A stretch of 64,000 nucleotides of DNA, from assembly GCA_050575255.1 (NCBI GenBank), contig JBNZDD010013722.1, positions 8,172,880-8,236,879 on the forward strand, read 5' to 3'. The translations under genes and the position numbers were made by a program. This stretch comes from Harriotta raleighana. Lineage: Eukaryota. Within the stretch, counting starts at the first letter, position 1, and every line of letters begins with the position of its first letter. Shown in pieces: positions 13,846-27,866 of the stretch. A model generated the notes under the pieces. That model saw nothing but the letters and a program-made list of their open reading frames with translations. It made no database searches and was not told where the DNA came from.

Positions 13846-16800
13846 CCAGGCTGATTTTCTGAAAGAATCTCAACAGAGTCATGATCTACTGTTCTAAATC
13901 CATGCTGACTACCTAAGGCTCCAGTTGGTTTCCTCCCATGCAAGGTGACCATTGTGCCAGCACAGTCAGAAAACTACCAAGGATCTAATGTGATCTCCAC
14001 ATACATTTGGTAGGGAAAACCGCACAGCATTGTGAAGATCTGGAAGCAGTTTTACAATTGGTGGCTGGGCCTTCAGTCACTCAGTCCTCACCCTCTAGAA
14101 CTCCATCCTCCTCTTTGACCGTACCTTTATTATTATACTGTATTACCTTTTCCCCCCTGCCCTCCACCCTCCCCGAATCTCAACACTCAGCTCAGGTCCG
14201 AAACACTGATTGTCCAACACCTTGGGATGTTCTCCTGACATGAAATTTTTATGTTGTTGTTGTCTGCCCACCCACTGTGTTAGGAAACTGCTCATGGTAT
14301 AGAGGAGCATAAAAGTGGGGACGAGGTAAGGTACTGGAATGGGATGTAAAAGACACTGTCATTATGCCTATGATACCAAACACAATTTACATCCATGCTA
14401 ATGGAAAAATATTCATTTCAGAATTGTGCAAAATATCTGCAGCCAACCATTTGTACTATTTTATTGTAAGTAACTAAAGGTGAAATCAATTATACTGTCC
14501 TCACCTCCTCCACTAGCTGATAATGAAGCATGAAGATCTCCATCCGCAACCCCATAAAACATTGCTTTCACTTTGACATCACTCACCTCCTCAGTCAGAT
14601 AGATGTCAAAGATGACAATTTTTAAACCTAAAGTCAAAGCTTTTAGCTTCCAATTTTAAATTGAGATAATTGTGAACTATCCCCCAAATTAGCCCTCTGG
14701 GTTTAGAATGTAAATTGGCTATGAGTCCAGTAGAAGCACTACTAGTTACACTATGAATTAACACTGATACTATCAGTTTTTGAATGCTTTGGTTGGTACC
14801 CAGTGACAATGCAGTTACCCAGTATTAGCTTTCTTTGACTCAACTGTGGTTAAACCAACTCTTGTTTCACAGAAAATAGCATAAAAATTACAATTATAAT
14901 GCGTCGGTCACATCCCAAGGTGTTAGGGAAATCAGAAGGCATTGGCGAATCCTTTATTTTTGCGACTTTCCGAATGTGGTAAGGCACTATCAGATGCAAG
15001 TATTTATGATGCATAATTTCACAAAAATAGTTGTGAAATTCCAGCATCTGCAGCAGATTGTAAAAATATCTACAACTATAGTACCAGAAGAAGTTGTCAG
15101 ATTTGCTTGTCTTGTTTCTCTTTCTCTGCTAAACCCTAATCTCTGGAACTCCCTGCCTCAATCCGTCTGCCTCACCCCTTCTTTTAATATGTTACCTGAT
15201 GTCTGATTACATTGATAAAGTGTAAAAAGATACCATCCATTCCTCTTCCCCCTTGCTCTACATCCAACCCCACCACCATGCATACACCATCCGGGTCAAA
15301 GGCATTATATAAATACAAGTTTTCTACCCCTTAACAGTCTAGAATGTGTTAAAGGGATAATGAATAGTTTATAAAGTTGAATATTGATCAATATCTTCAT
15401 TCAACATAACAGATTCCTTCTCTTTCAAAGGAGCCTTTAGATTGCATCGGAGGTTGCCCCAAATTATAATGTTCTGCATTGGCTATGTGTCATTGTGCTA
15501 TTTATTAACATAGAGTGAGTGCAATGCACCACGCACAGTGCTACATAATATACATTTTTGACAGCACCACTAAGCTTCAGCAAAAACAATCTTTGTTTTC
15601 TTTGTTCGTAATTGCAGCCACTAGATATGGGGATGAAGAGGTTAATTTACATCTTGACAAAGCAATGATTTTGAAAACAAGACGAAAACAAATCCATGAG
15701 CTGGAACTTTGTGAGCACCCACTCAGAGTGGATTAATGAGGAGTACACTGCTGTGAAATTATGTGTCCTCTCAGTCAGTAAAATGGTCCTAGTGGTGCGT
15801 GACCTTGAAATGAGGTGAAGCAAACTTCACCTGATCCACAATTACCAAATCCTAATGGGGAAGGGAGAAACTGAGGAATTGTGAAATGCCCACAAAAGAA
15901 ATGCAACAATACACACACACACACAAGTACGCAGTTAAAGATGAACAAATAAGACATTAGGTTAAGCGGTATTACATGCCTGGAAATATGATGATGAAAT
16001 TAAATTCTTTCAAAAGACTATTGAAGTGCATTCAGAGGTAGTGCAGGTAAATGAAAACCTCTTTACCAATGGAATTAGTTCTTTGCAGGATTTTTTCAGT
16101 GTTAATAACATTTATCTGTGTGTAATTTTTTGTCCGATGAAATGTTTTCAAGAGATGAATTCCAGCCTTAGCTGCCTTACATGACAGTATTACTAAGGTT
16201 TCATCAAGGAGCCAGCTGCTGTAGTTATGAAAGCAGGAAAGACTGGCCTCTGAGTGTAGGAGAAGGCAATCTGCCTGCACCCTAAGCATTCAGTAATTAC
16301 TCTGCAATTGATGTACCACTAGTACTTTCCTGAAAACAATCATTATTTCTATGTCTTGATGTTTTATTTCCAAGATTTTACAGCTTTAAAAGCTTTGAGT
16401 CGATTCCTGATTATTATGGATGTTCTTCCTGCTAGCAGAACGCTGTTTCAAATCTGATAATCCTGACTCAAATGAATATTTTTTCTATCTTCGAGTCCTT
16501 TAACAAAGAGTTCTAACTTTTCCTTACTCAATTATAGCATTGCTATCAGTTCAAATTATAGAGCAAGAAATATACTATTTAATATATGTACAGCATAGTC
16601 TGTGCCACTAATAACCTGTCATTTTTTTAAATTTGGATGTCATATCGTATTTCATTGCAGCAATACCAGACAGCATCACACAGACAAAATGTTTCGGCAA
16701 ATTGTGAAGAATATTGCAGATCAAACCATCAGAAGGTTAATGCAGAGCCTTACATATTTTCTGACCTCTTGATCCGGGAGTGACACCTGCAAAATGAACA

Positions 16801-18533
16801 GCCCTCAGGCTTAAATTGTTTAACTGTGGGCTGATCAGTTATATTATCTTGCTAATCCAGATATCAGCCATTTCATCAGAATGGAAGATATGCATATCAT
16901 GAATTATTTTGACACGCAGACCTTTTAATTTTCGCCAGCAATATTTTATCGCACCAATCAGGACTCAAGTCAGGGACGCTGCTTTTGCGGTGTCAGAGGA
17001 GAGTGCACTTGTGACAGAGCCAAATCATCAGGGAGCTATAATGAGCTATCTCTGCAATTATTATTCTTTCCCATATTCAGCCATTTAATTATAACTTTAG
17101 CAGGCCAAAGTTTCACCACAGGCACAGCTACACAGAAGCAGTATTAAACTGATTTAATACCAAAGTCAGCACCACGCTGGATAGTAACCTACATAGATAT
17201 ATATGAAGAGATTTCAATATCCATATATCAGTAAGAATGTTCCCTCCACCCACCCCTTCGCCCGAAAGACATTCGACTGATTTCTTTCTACACGTAATTA
17301 CCATCTGCCTTGCCATTGCCAATAAATACTCTGCTTAGTGTTCATGAGAGAACTTTGTACTTTTATATTTCTTTACTTTGCAAAGATCCACAAACTTGAT
17401 TCAATGTGGGAAGATCCCCAAACATGACAGCAACAAAATACATTTATACAGCACCTTTCATATCAGAAGGATTTGCTCTTCATACAGCTAACTGGGAGCA
17501 CAAGTCGGGCTAAGAGAAAAGATGACTGAAAACACAGTCAAAGAAATATAATTTTTTGTTACTTAAACCTATTTTACATAGGGACCCTTTTTATACCCAG
17601 TGTGTCATAGACCCAATACATCTGATAAATGTGGAGGAGTGATGCATTTTATCAATTGTGTTTGGAGAATAATAACAAAAATCTTGAATTGTCTTCTAGT
17701 ACATTTGTCACATATTTTGCCTTATTTTGTATTTTTTAATAAAATAATTAATAATTTAGCACTAATCACTCCTTCAATTTTTTAATCAGGTATTAATTTG
17801 ACTCTCACTATTCAGTGAGCTTGCCTTCCCTACCTTCTCAGCGACCACTACCAATTTGGGTGCCCTTCCAGCATTATCAGGTGCCTTGGGAACAACAACA
17901 AAATTACATTTATAGAGCACCTTTCACCTGTGAGGACATCCCAAGGCGCTTAAGTCCACCCCATTTGAAAAGCACTGTGTAAATTGCATTGTATTATAAT
18001 TATAGTTTCTCCCTCAAATGTACAATCCTTTCACTTTACAGTTTATTCTGTGAAGCACTTTGAGACGTCTAGAAGACATGAAAAGTGCTATATCAAATGC
18101 AAGGATTATTATTATTATATTTCTTCAATTCTTTAATAAAGTAAGATATGTTTTAAAATTACTTCTCCAATTCTTTGATGATAGTTCTTTCAACACAGCA
18201 CAATATAAATTTATATAGCATCTTTCACATCAGGAGGATGTCCCAACATTCTTAACAATTCTGGCTTGGCATCTGAGCTTGGAGTAAGAGCCAAAGTAAG
18301 TTGGGAGAGATGGCCAAAAGCATGGTCAAAAAGGTAGGTCTAGACATGGGCCTTGAAAAAACAACTTTAAGAACAAAGTCTTCACAGCAAATGCAATCGC
18401 AATGAAGTAATGAAAAATATAAGAAAGAATGGAGTGAGAGAAATCTATTCAGCTTATCAAACCTGTCCTTCGATGGAGTGCACAAAATCTAGCCTATTGT
18501 GAACATTCTCTCAAGGGCAAAGTTCAGCATTTG

Positions 18534-18873
18534 TGGAGCTCCTGTGGCACAGTGGTTAGAGCACTCGTCTTACAAGCCTTGCAAGCATGAGACCTGTGTT
18601 CGAATCCAGGCAGATCAGGGTGAAACCCTGGGCAAGTTTCCTTACTCCACATGCCTAATAATAATCCCTCCAAAAAAAACACAAGAATAAAATTGGTCAT
18701 TTCAATCCACGACTGTTTGTGGGTCTCTGCTGTGCGCAATTGGCTGCCACGTTCCGCCCACAAATATACAGTCAATTCACTTAACAGTATATTCTGTGAA
18801 GCGCTTTGGGACGTTGATAAGATGTGAAAAACGCTATATCAAATGCAAGGATTATTATTATTATTATTATTAT
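18534..18873 (+). mobile_element. Deu-SINE full-length, well-preserved copy (duplicated anticodon-arm variant)
   Basis: Intact A/B boxes (gtggcacagtgg, gttcgaatcc), CpGs retained, long (ATT)n tail. Confidence 0.92.
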
Positions 18874-21679
18874 AATGTCCAAATCACCAAACCCAATTAA
18901 GTGGATAAAACTGTGATTATGCCATCAGCATTCTTTGACCTCACCCATTGACCAGTCCTGCCCCTTGCAAAGTAGCTAAGGGCAATGCTGCTAAAATTAC
19001 CAATAACATTTGAACCTTGGGGGATGTTAACCAACTTAGGGTTGTCTTTTCACCAAATCTGAGCTTGGAGTAAGAGCCAAGGGAAGTTGGGAGAGATGAA
19101 TGTGGTGGTTCCATTTTCCACGTTCGACCTTGCATCTTGTTCCTACACTTGGTGATTTCTCTTTCAGGTAGTTATGCACAGCCATGCAAACACTGTATGA
19201 ATATGGTTTGTTATCTCATTTTTGATACATTGATAATATTTCTACAGTTTTTTTAATCTACAATACAATTAAAGGCTATTAGTTGTTGGCTTCATAAGAT
19301 TCCAGTCTCGGAAAAGACCCTCCATCCTATTTTGGATGTTACATAGCTTTACATAGAGCGATACGGTAGGAAAACAGGCCATTCAGCCCAACTCATCCAT
19401 GCCAGTGAACACACAACATGATCTTATTCCTCTACCCTCTATTCCTGAAATTATTTTTGTATGTTGCATTTGGACAAATGAAATCTATCTTTTTTTAAAA
19501 AAAGAAAAATAATCAATCAATTCCAGTTGTGACAGCACTGAAATCAATAATAAAATAATCCTTGCTTTCAATATACTGTTGTACCTTATCACATTGCTAA
19601 ATGTCTCAAATGTCTCTTGAAAAGTGGAGCAACTCTGTATTCTGTGGGTGAAATTAGCCTGTGTCTCCATGCAGAATTTGGTGTCATCAAAATGCTACCA
19701 AATAAACTCCTTCAACATAAAACAGCATAGAAGTCCTTGTAGCCTTTATTATTTGCTGTTTGATGCGTAATTAATTTAGTAGCTCTCCATTTATAAATGA
19801 TTATCTTTGCTGGTGCTTTAACCTCTTGCAGATATGGTAATATTTGGGCAATCTATTAAAGAAAATACCACATGATGAAGTCCAATGATGGAGTTACCCA
19901 TTTTGAATCAAATAATATTGAATAAGGCACAATAAATACAATGATTTTGTAGACTGCTGTAATCCTAGTTTCAAATACCCAGGATTACAAAGTTACAAAG
20001 AAATCAATTTTCGGATGTTAATATGCTTGTGTTGTTTTTACTCAAATAGCAAATCAGTTCTCAAAGACTTAATCAAATAAAAATAGCTGTCTTTAAGAGT
20101 TGATCCAGACAGAATCTATTGAAAATTGATACATGCTTGTAATTACATGCTATCTTTTTTTGGTCCTGACTTGGATTATTTCTTCATCCAATCCATCCTT
20201 TTAAACCCAAATCCAGAATAAATTGAGGATTGAATTGATGCCAGAGCAAATGCTCTCTTGAAACAAACATTCCTGACGACTGGAGTGCACCGAGCAGTAA
20301 AACAAGGATGTGAAAGGTGATATATGAAATGCAAGGATTTGATAGATGGTGGTAACAATAATAGTACAGTACTGTATTCAAGATGTCTCAAAACACTTCA
20401 CTGAATATACTGTAAAGTGAACAGGCTGTATATTTATTTGTATTTTGTTGGCTGTATATTTTGTCAGCGAAACGTGGCAGCCAATTGCAAACTGCAGTGT
20501 CCCACAACCAGTCATGGATTGAGTGACCACATATTTATTATTTTTTATTTGAGATATAATGATTACATTTCAGTCATTTGTACAGTTGCATTCTGCCCCC
20601 ATTGAAACTCCAACTCAATCTCCCCCCATCTTGGACGTACCATTCTCCCCGGCTTCAAAACACCAGCAACACACATCCTCCCGATGTGAGATGTACTATA
20701 TAAAAGTAATTTTGTTGTTGTTGGTCTGAAGTGCAGCAAAATATAGGTGCAAATTAGTTGTCAGCCTGGCTCAATTGGTAATATAATGGAAATAATAATT
20801 GGTAATAAATCTGAATACTAAGTCAGAAGATTGTAGTTTCAAGCCCCATGTTGTGATTGAGAAATCACAGAGATACTCCTATAAAATATACTCGTATAAA
20901 GTAATGAGAATGTGCTGCCTGATGGAGGTACCGGTCTTTTGATGAAATGTTTAACTGAGGTCTTTTCTGCATGTTTACATGGATCTTAAAGAGGTCATAG
21001 CACTATTCAAAAGGAGAAGAATGGTATCCAAAAGCATGGGAGGGTGGACAAATGAGTTGGTTAATAGTAGAAAAGATGATTCTTGGGTTGTTCTTAGCTT
21101 CCAAGATGATTTTGGAGCACTCTACATGACAGAAAAACAATTGTATTCCATTGCTTCAGAGAATTTTTTTATTTTTATTTTTAAATGGGACTGTTGGAAG
21201 AAATTTACTAGAAATATAGTGGGTCAATGATCTGAAAGAGCAAAATATGTTAACATTTCAGTTTTGACTGATCACTAAAAGAATCATTCACCTTAAACTG
21301 TATGTTACCTTAACTCAGTTAGTATTATTCTTTTATTTTAGTTACGTGCAGAAACCCACTTAGACACTTAACAGTATCCAAATCAGATAGTGTTCCATGT
21401 ATGCTACCTACACATAGGAATGTCTGTCTGGAACACAATATGCATTCTGCTGGACACATATCTGATGCCGGAAAGTATTAGGCATAGGGTGGCAAGATTC
21501 AGGGCTTGGGAACCACAGATTGAGCATTGGGCTATGGCTAGAGATTAACCAGCTAAAATCACATCGTTTTCCATTATCATATCAAATCTTTTATGAAACA
21601 TCACATACATATACATATATTTATAAAATCTTTTGCACTTGCTCAATAACTATTACAAGAGATAATGCCAATTACTTAC

Positions 21680-22424
21680 CAAAAAAAACCACAGGAGAAC
21701 TGGCCAGGCAGCATAACAGTGATGTGGTAATTGAATTATATGTAATACATTCAATCATGTTCCACATCTGCACGCCGCCTACCATTTCCATGCAAAGGTG
21801 GCATGCATATGTGTTTATATAATAATAATCCTTGCATTTAATATAGCGCTTTACATATCTTCTAAACATCTCAAAGCTTTTCATAAAATATACTGCAAAG
21901 TGAATTGCCTGTAAATATGTGGGCGAAACGCGGCAGCCAATTGCGCACAGTAGTGTACCACAAACAGTCATGGATTGAAATGACCAATTTTTTTTGAGGG
22001 ATTATTATTAGGCATGTGGAATAAGGAAACTTGCCCAAAGTTTGGCCCTGCCTGGAATTGAACCCATGTTTCTAGCGTGTAAGGAAAGTGCTCTACCCAC
22101 TGAGCTACAGGACTGCGAAGTGTAATTCCCCAGAGCAGTCTGGGTTATTTTATCGATGATGAACTGTGGAGTTGTGTGTGACAGAACTGTGCCATTAAAT
22201 ATCCATTTATACTGATCTTCTGGGTGTGATTGAATGAAACAAGGCAATGTAAGAGAGTCTCAAAGTTCTGCTCAGTGTGTCCCAACGATTGTCAGCTCAG
22301 GTATGTCTGGTCCATATGCAATGCTCAGTGATATAGTTTGGATTACACTTAAGCCTGATGAATCTGTTTTGCAACAGTTCCAAAAAAATACCAGTGTCTC
22401 AACTGGAATTATCAAACTAATTCT
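21680..22424 (-). pseudogene. Degraded immunoglobulin-superfamily (CEACAM/VSIG10L/HEPACAM2-like) exon, interrupted by a SINE
   Basis: Reads ...SLSIAYGPDIPELTIVGTH*AEL*DSLTLPCFIQSHPEDQYKWIFNGTVLSHTTPQFIIDKITQTALGNYT [SINE ~21818-22116 plus ~70 bp] CITYNSITT...; Ig C/W/GxYTC pattern, two in-frame TGA stops (22274, 22262), phase-1 GTAAGT donor at 21679. Confidence 0.7.
21818..22116 (-). mobile_element. Deu-SINE inserted into the Ig pseudo-exon
   Basis: Full family consensus on the minus strand. Confidence 0.9.
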
Positions 22425-23463
22425 CTTTAAAATAATAAAATAATTGACTTCATAATATTACTTGCATTTGATATAGCACCTTTCTCAGATTGGAGGGGGA
22501 TAGGAAGTAAACGTTTCAAAAACACTTACTGAGAACACACAGCACCATTTCACAAACAACCATGAAGTGAGTGACTGGTTTCATTTGAGGAATTGTTGGC
22601 CAGCATACCTGAAAAATCTCCTTTCTCTTTTAGAATAGTGCCATGTGTTCTTTAACATCCACCTGAATAGGGAAACGGGACCTCAGTTAATGCATTCCAC
22701 ATCCTAATAATGACCATTACACATTGACTAAATTAATTAACAGCGGTTGTAAATTACAGGAAGGAAAGGCTTAATTATGAACTGAGTGGAATAAGTGCAG
22801 TGTGTGACCTCTGTATAATTCCCACTGTAGATTGAGGTTTTACAGACTAGCATGGTAGGAGTAGAGATGAATCTTGCCAAATACCTTCCTGATTCACAAA
22901 GTCATTATTATTGGGACAAATTGAGGCTGGGTTAATCCTTTTATATGATAAAGGAGTGCTGCACTGTTCTCTATTTGAAATCAGGTACATCTTTGCCCTG
23001 GCATCATGCAAATAATCATAATTGTGAAATCACAGAGGCTCTATTCATCAAATGCAATCAGAGACTGTAGACATGAAATGAACTCGACAGAATTTTATCC
23101 CCTTTGTCCGTCTAAGGAAAATGAATGGGAAACCTGATTTCTGTTCCATTCTCAGCAGCAACATTTGCTGTAAATGCTCAATTGGGTTATTTTCAGTACA
23201 ATTATTTATACAATTAAATACAGCAGATCTTGCTCATGCATGGTGTAAGGTTAGGTGATGGGTTCAGAGTTCAATGTCGAGACAACTGACTAATGTACAC
23301 CATCCCATTAAAACATTTCAATCCTCACAAGCAAATCAGTTTATGTAATAAAAGTAATAATAATCCTAGCATTTGAAGTAATGGCCTTTCATGCCAGGAA
23401 AGCTTCTCAAAGGGCTTCACAGGATATACTATAAAGAGGAATGGAGCAACCAAGTGTTGCAAG

Positions 23464-24107
23464 CATAGAATCATATAGCACAAAAGGAGGCCATTCGGCC
23501 CATCGATTCTGTGCCGGCTCTTTGAAAAGAGCAACTCAATCCCATTCCTCAGCTCTCTCCCCATAACAGCGCAAACCCATCCTCCCCAAATAAATATCTA
23601 CCTCTCTTTTAAAAGTTGTTATCGAATCAACCTCCAACACCGTTTCAGGCAATGCATTCCAGATTCGAACAACTCGCTGAGTGAAAACATTTTTCCTCAC
23701 CTCCCCTCTGCTTCTTTTTGAAACTATTTTAAATCTGTGACCACAAGTCACTGATACACCCACCAGTGTAAACAGTTTTTCCCTGTTTACTCTGTCAAAT
23801 CCCCTCATGATCTTGAAAACATCTATTAGGTCTCCTCATAACCTTCTCTACTCTATTGACAATAAACCTCGCCTCTCTAGCTTTTCCTCATAAATGAAGT
23901 CTCTCATTCCTGGTGCCATCCTGGTAAATCTCCTCTGCACCCTTTCCAATCCCTTAACATCCTTCCTAAAGTGTGGTGACCAGAATTGAACACAGTACTC
24001 TAGCTGAGGCCTAACCAAAGTTTTATAGAGGTTAGTCAGAACTTCCTGACTTCTGTACTCTATGCCCCTTTTTATAAAGCCTAGTATTCCATAGACTTTT
24101 TTTTAAA
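23464..24107 (-). mobile_element. CR1 LINE 3' end
   Basis: ORF MRGFDRVNREKLF...FTQRVVRIWNALP and upstream RPQLEYCVQFWSP; terminal (ATTCTATG)-type repeat. Confidence 0.92.
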
Positions 24108-24172
24108 CAGGAAAAATTCTTATTGTTGCTCCACAAAATGAATGATTCTGAGTTGTATTGCAATTGGACAAA

Positions 24173-24575
24173 ATAATAATAATAATAATTATATTCCTTG
24201 CATTTGATATAGTGCTTTTCACATCTTCTAGGTGTCTCAAAGCACTTCACAGAATAATAATAATAATAATCCTTGCATTTGATATAGCGCTTTTCACATC
24301 TTATCGACGTCCCAAAGCGCTTCACAGAATATCCTGTAAAGTGAATTGACTGTATATTTGTGGGCGAAATGTGGCAGTCAATTGCGTATTGTAGTGTCCC
24401 ACAAAGTCGTGGATTGAAATGACCAATTTTATTATTTTGGTTTTCTTTGAGGGATTATTATTAGGCATGTGAAGTAAGGAAACTTGCCCAAGGTTTCGAT
24501 CTGACCTGCCTGGATTCGAACACAGGTCTCACACTTGTGAGCCAAGTGCTTTAACCACTGAGCTATAGGACTTCA
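24173..24575 (-). mobile_element. Deu-SINE with tandemly duplicated 3' tail
   Basis: Two diverged successive (ATT)n-ccttgcatttgatatag...cttcacagaata units (about 24173-24253 and 24254-24330), then core and head. Confidence 0.88.
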
Positions 24576-26379
24576 CAAAGGAGACAGATGATTTTGTGGG
24601 AATTGGTGGAGGGGAAACATAATATGTCTTTTGATGACTTTAACCAATTTAGCCACTCTTCAGAAAATGGAAAAGGGAAAATAAAACTTTACCAAAAGTC
24701 AAAAATGATCAATACAACAGAGGAAAACATAACTCACGAGGACTTTCTCACAAGAAAGAAGATTAATAAACCTTACATTTTTAATGATTATGATGATTGT
24801 CTTGCCCACATAATCGGTGCTCTATAAATGTAATTTTGTTTTTACTGGTGTGTGTTGTGGACAAATGCTCCATACATACCATGGCAGTGTATGACATATA
24901 AATGGAACAGGGAAATTATGCTATGAATTGCTGCAACTGTGAGACTTCATTGTTGAGGTGGTCACCTTCTAGTTAAACATGGTGGTACATCAGATAAACA
25001 GAGAGAAAGTCCTTATCATGAAGAGGTGTCATGAAGATTATACTGTCAGAATTACTATTAAAACATGCAATATTCAAGCGTGAAGTGAAAAGCAAATTAT
25101 GATGATGCTGTACGGAAAGAGATAGGGAGGCATTTGGTAACTAATAGAAAGCTTACTTAGGCTGGATGTTAGATTGTTGACTTCACGTGCTGGAGGCTAT
25201 TTCAATTATTTATCTCTTATCAGTGATTTCCTATCGTGGTGCCATTTAGTATGAATTCATTCTGCACCCATCACTACTCGGTACATTCCAGGACTTTATT
25301 TTTAGACTGATGAATGACTGCTTCTGTGCAGAGCCATGTACTGTTCATTCTGTCAGACAGCAAGGGCAGGCAAAGTAGTGAATAACTTGTTACATCATGG
25401 AGCCTAAGGTGAGAAAAATATCTAGCTATACAATAATGTGTTACCCACAATTAATATACTGTATATTTGTTTTACATTGAAAACTTCCATTGCAATTTTT
25501 TAAAAAAGAATAAATATTTTGTGTAAGAACAAAGTATCCTTTATTACTAGACAAAAGCTGAAGTAAATATTAAAAGGTTTGTGGTAAATTGAGGTGGAAT
25601 GAAGATTGAATAATGCTTTCATTACGCCATCTACTGTGAGAATAAAATCTTGCATCTTTGTGCATCATTATTTCAATGGGGTCTTGAACTCGAGAGCTGT
25701 AACCTGGGTTCACACAAGATTTGTATTGAATTCTGCTGATGTGGATATGTGGCACAATGAAATACAAGGAAATATGGAGCTGTGTTCATGAGAATAGAGA
25801 ATGTTGAGAACTGTTAGATGTGTTCACTTTTTAAAGGGTTTCATGCAAACAGGGGGGGGGGGGAACGTTCCACTGGTTAGAAACTGGAGGGAATAAGCCA
25901 TAGATTTAAGATCATCACAAAGATTTAATAGAGGTTTTCAAAATTATATGGGGTTTTGTTAAAGTGGATAGGGAGAAACTGTTTCCACTGGCCGGTGAGT
26001 CAGTATCCAGGTAACCTGGATATTATAGATTTAAGATAATTGGAAAAAAAAGAGCGGCGATGAGGAGAATTTGATTTAAACAGAAAGTAGTTTTGTTTTG
26101 GAATTCAGTGCCTGAAAGTGTGATGGAAACAAATTCAATAACAACTTTCAAAGAGCCAGTACAAGTACGAAGGGCCAAATGGCCTCCTTCTGTGCTGTAA
26201 TATTCTATGAAAGGGGGAGAGTTATTAGAGATATGGGATTCCCTACCTAAGGGCGAGTAGACTGCTTTGCTTAGCATGTCAGTTGTTGACAATAGAGACT
26301 AAAGTAGAAACAGTATTCATTCTCCAGTTTTTTTTGTAGACAAGCAGCACCTGCCTACAGAAAATTCAACCACAACAAC

Positions 26380-27640
26380 AAAATTGTATAGTGCCTTTCA
26401 CATCAGGAGTAACTCCCAATTCTCAATACAACAACAACGATAAAAACTTTGATTTGTATAGTGCACTCCAAGCCAGACTTTATCCCAAAGCGCTTCACAA
26501 TAACGGATCCCGGGCCCAAGCCATGGGCAGGGGAAAAAGGTGACCAAAGGCATGCTTGAAAAGAAAGGTCTTCAGCTGAGACCTGAAACTAAGAAGAGAG
26601 GGGGCGCGGCAAAGGGAGTGAAGAAGGGAGTTGCAGAGCTTTGGGGCATAGTGGCTGAAGGCACAGCCGCCAATGGTGGCAAGGAGGAGACCAGAATCGG
26701 AGGAGTGAAAGCAATGGGTTCTGTGTTGGGGAGAGAGGATGTCAGAGAAATAGGGCGGTGCAGAGGAGTGGGAGAGATTTGAAAACAAGAGTGAGAATCT
26801 TGAAATCGATCCTCCCTGGGACAAGGAGCCAGTGAAGTCTGGCAAGGACTGGGGTATTCGGGTGTGGGTGAGAATGCGGGCAGCAGAGTTCTGAAAGAGC
26901 TGGAGTTTATCGATTGTGGTGAAGGGGAGACCAATGAGGAGTGCATTTGCGTAGTCCAGTCAAGAGGTGACAAAGGCATGGACCAGAGTTTCAGTGGCTT
27001 TTGGGGCAAGGTATTGCTGGAGACATAGCAGGTGGAAAAAAGCAGTGCTGGTGAGGGACCGGATGTGGGGGAGGAAGGACATTTCGTGGTCGAACCTGAC
27101 GCCAGGTTGCGTACGGGTTAAGAGAGTTTTAGGGATAGGTCGGGTAGGTGGAGTAGGTGAGAGCTGTGTGACTGAAGATGATGATGAGAGCCAAAGAGTA
27201 TGGCTTCCATTTTGTCAACATTCAGCTGCAGGAAATTTGCGTCAATCCAGCTCCTGATGTCTGACAAGCAGACTGACAGAACATCAGGGGACTGGGGGTC
27301 GCAAAGTGAGGTGGATAAATTGAGTTGGGTGGCATCTGCATACATATGAAAGTGTATCCCATGTCTGAGGATGACATCACCAAGAGGGAGTATATATATT
27401 AGGAAGAGGAGGGGGCCTAGAATGGATCCTTGGGGTACCCCACAGGTAACCGGGTGAGAGCGGGTGGAAAAGCCATTTGTGGTGCTCTACTGCTGGCAGA
27501 GGTGAACAACGGAGGATTGGCGATGGAAGAGGATGGCATGGATCGACTGTGTCGAAAGCAGTTGAGAGGTCTAGGAGAACAAGAAGGCAGAGGGAGCACT
27601 GGTCACAGATAGGGAGGACATCACTTGTGACTTCCACCAA
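26380..27640 (-). mobile_element. L2 (LINE2) 3' fragment, degenerate reverse transcriptase
   Basis: ORF pieces LVLLDLSTAFDTVD, GYLWGTPRIH (GVPQGS region), MYADATQL...DIRSWIDANFLQLNVDKME and AFSHYAPKLCNSL...FRSQLKTFLF, plus (GTT)n tail. Confidence 0.9.
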
Positions 27641-27866
27641 TGCGGTCATTGCAGCAAATTCTGTACAATGCCTTGAAACATCGTCCCCAAATGAAAGGCA
27701 CATTATCAAATGTAAGGACTATTTATTCAGTTTTGAGAGTATCTGCTTTGATAAGCATAAGGGAAAATTCTCTGTTAGTTACCAGCCGTATAATAAAGAC
27801 TTGCTCAGCAGACAACACTCAAGCACTGGGCAGATGCTGGGATGTGAATGAAGCCTCTCAGCCACA

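Noticed and set aside
18941-19010. Signal-peptide-like MLLVILAALPLATLQGAGLVNG followed by GTGAG (minus)
   Set aside because: Donor would be phase 2, it lies downstream of the Ig pseudo-exon, and no following exon was found.
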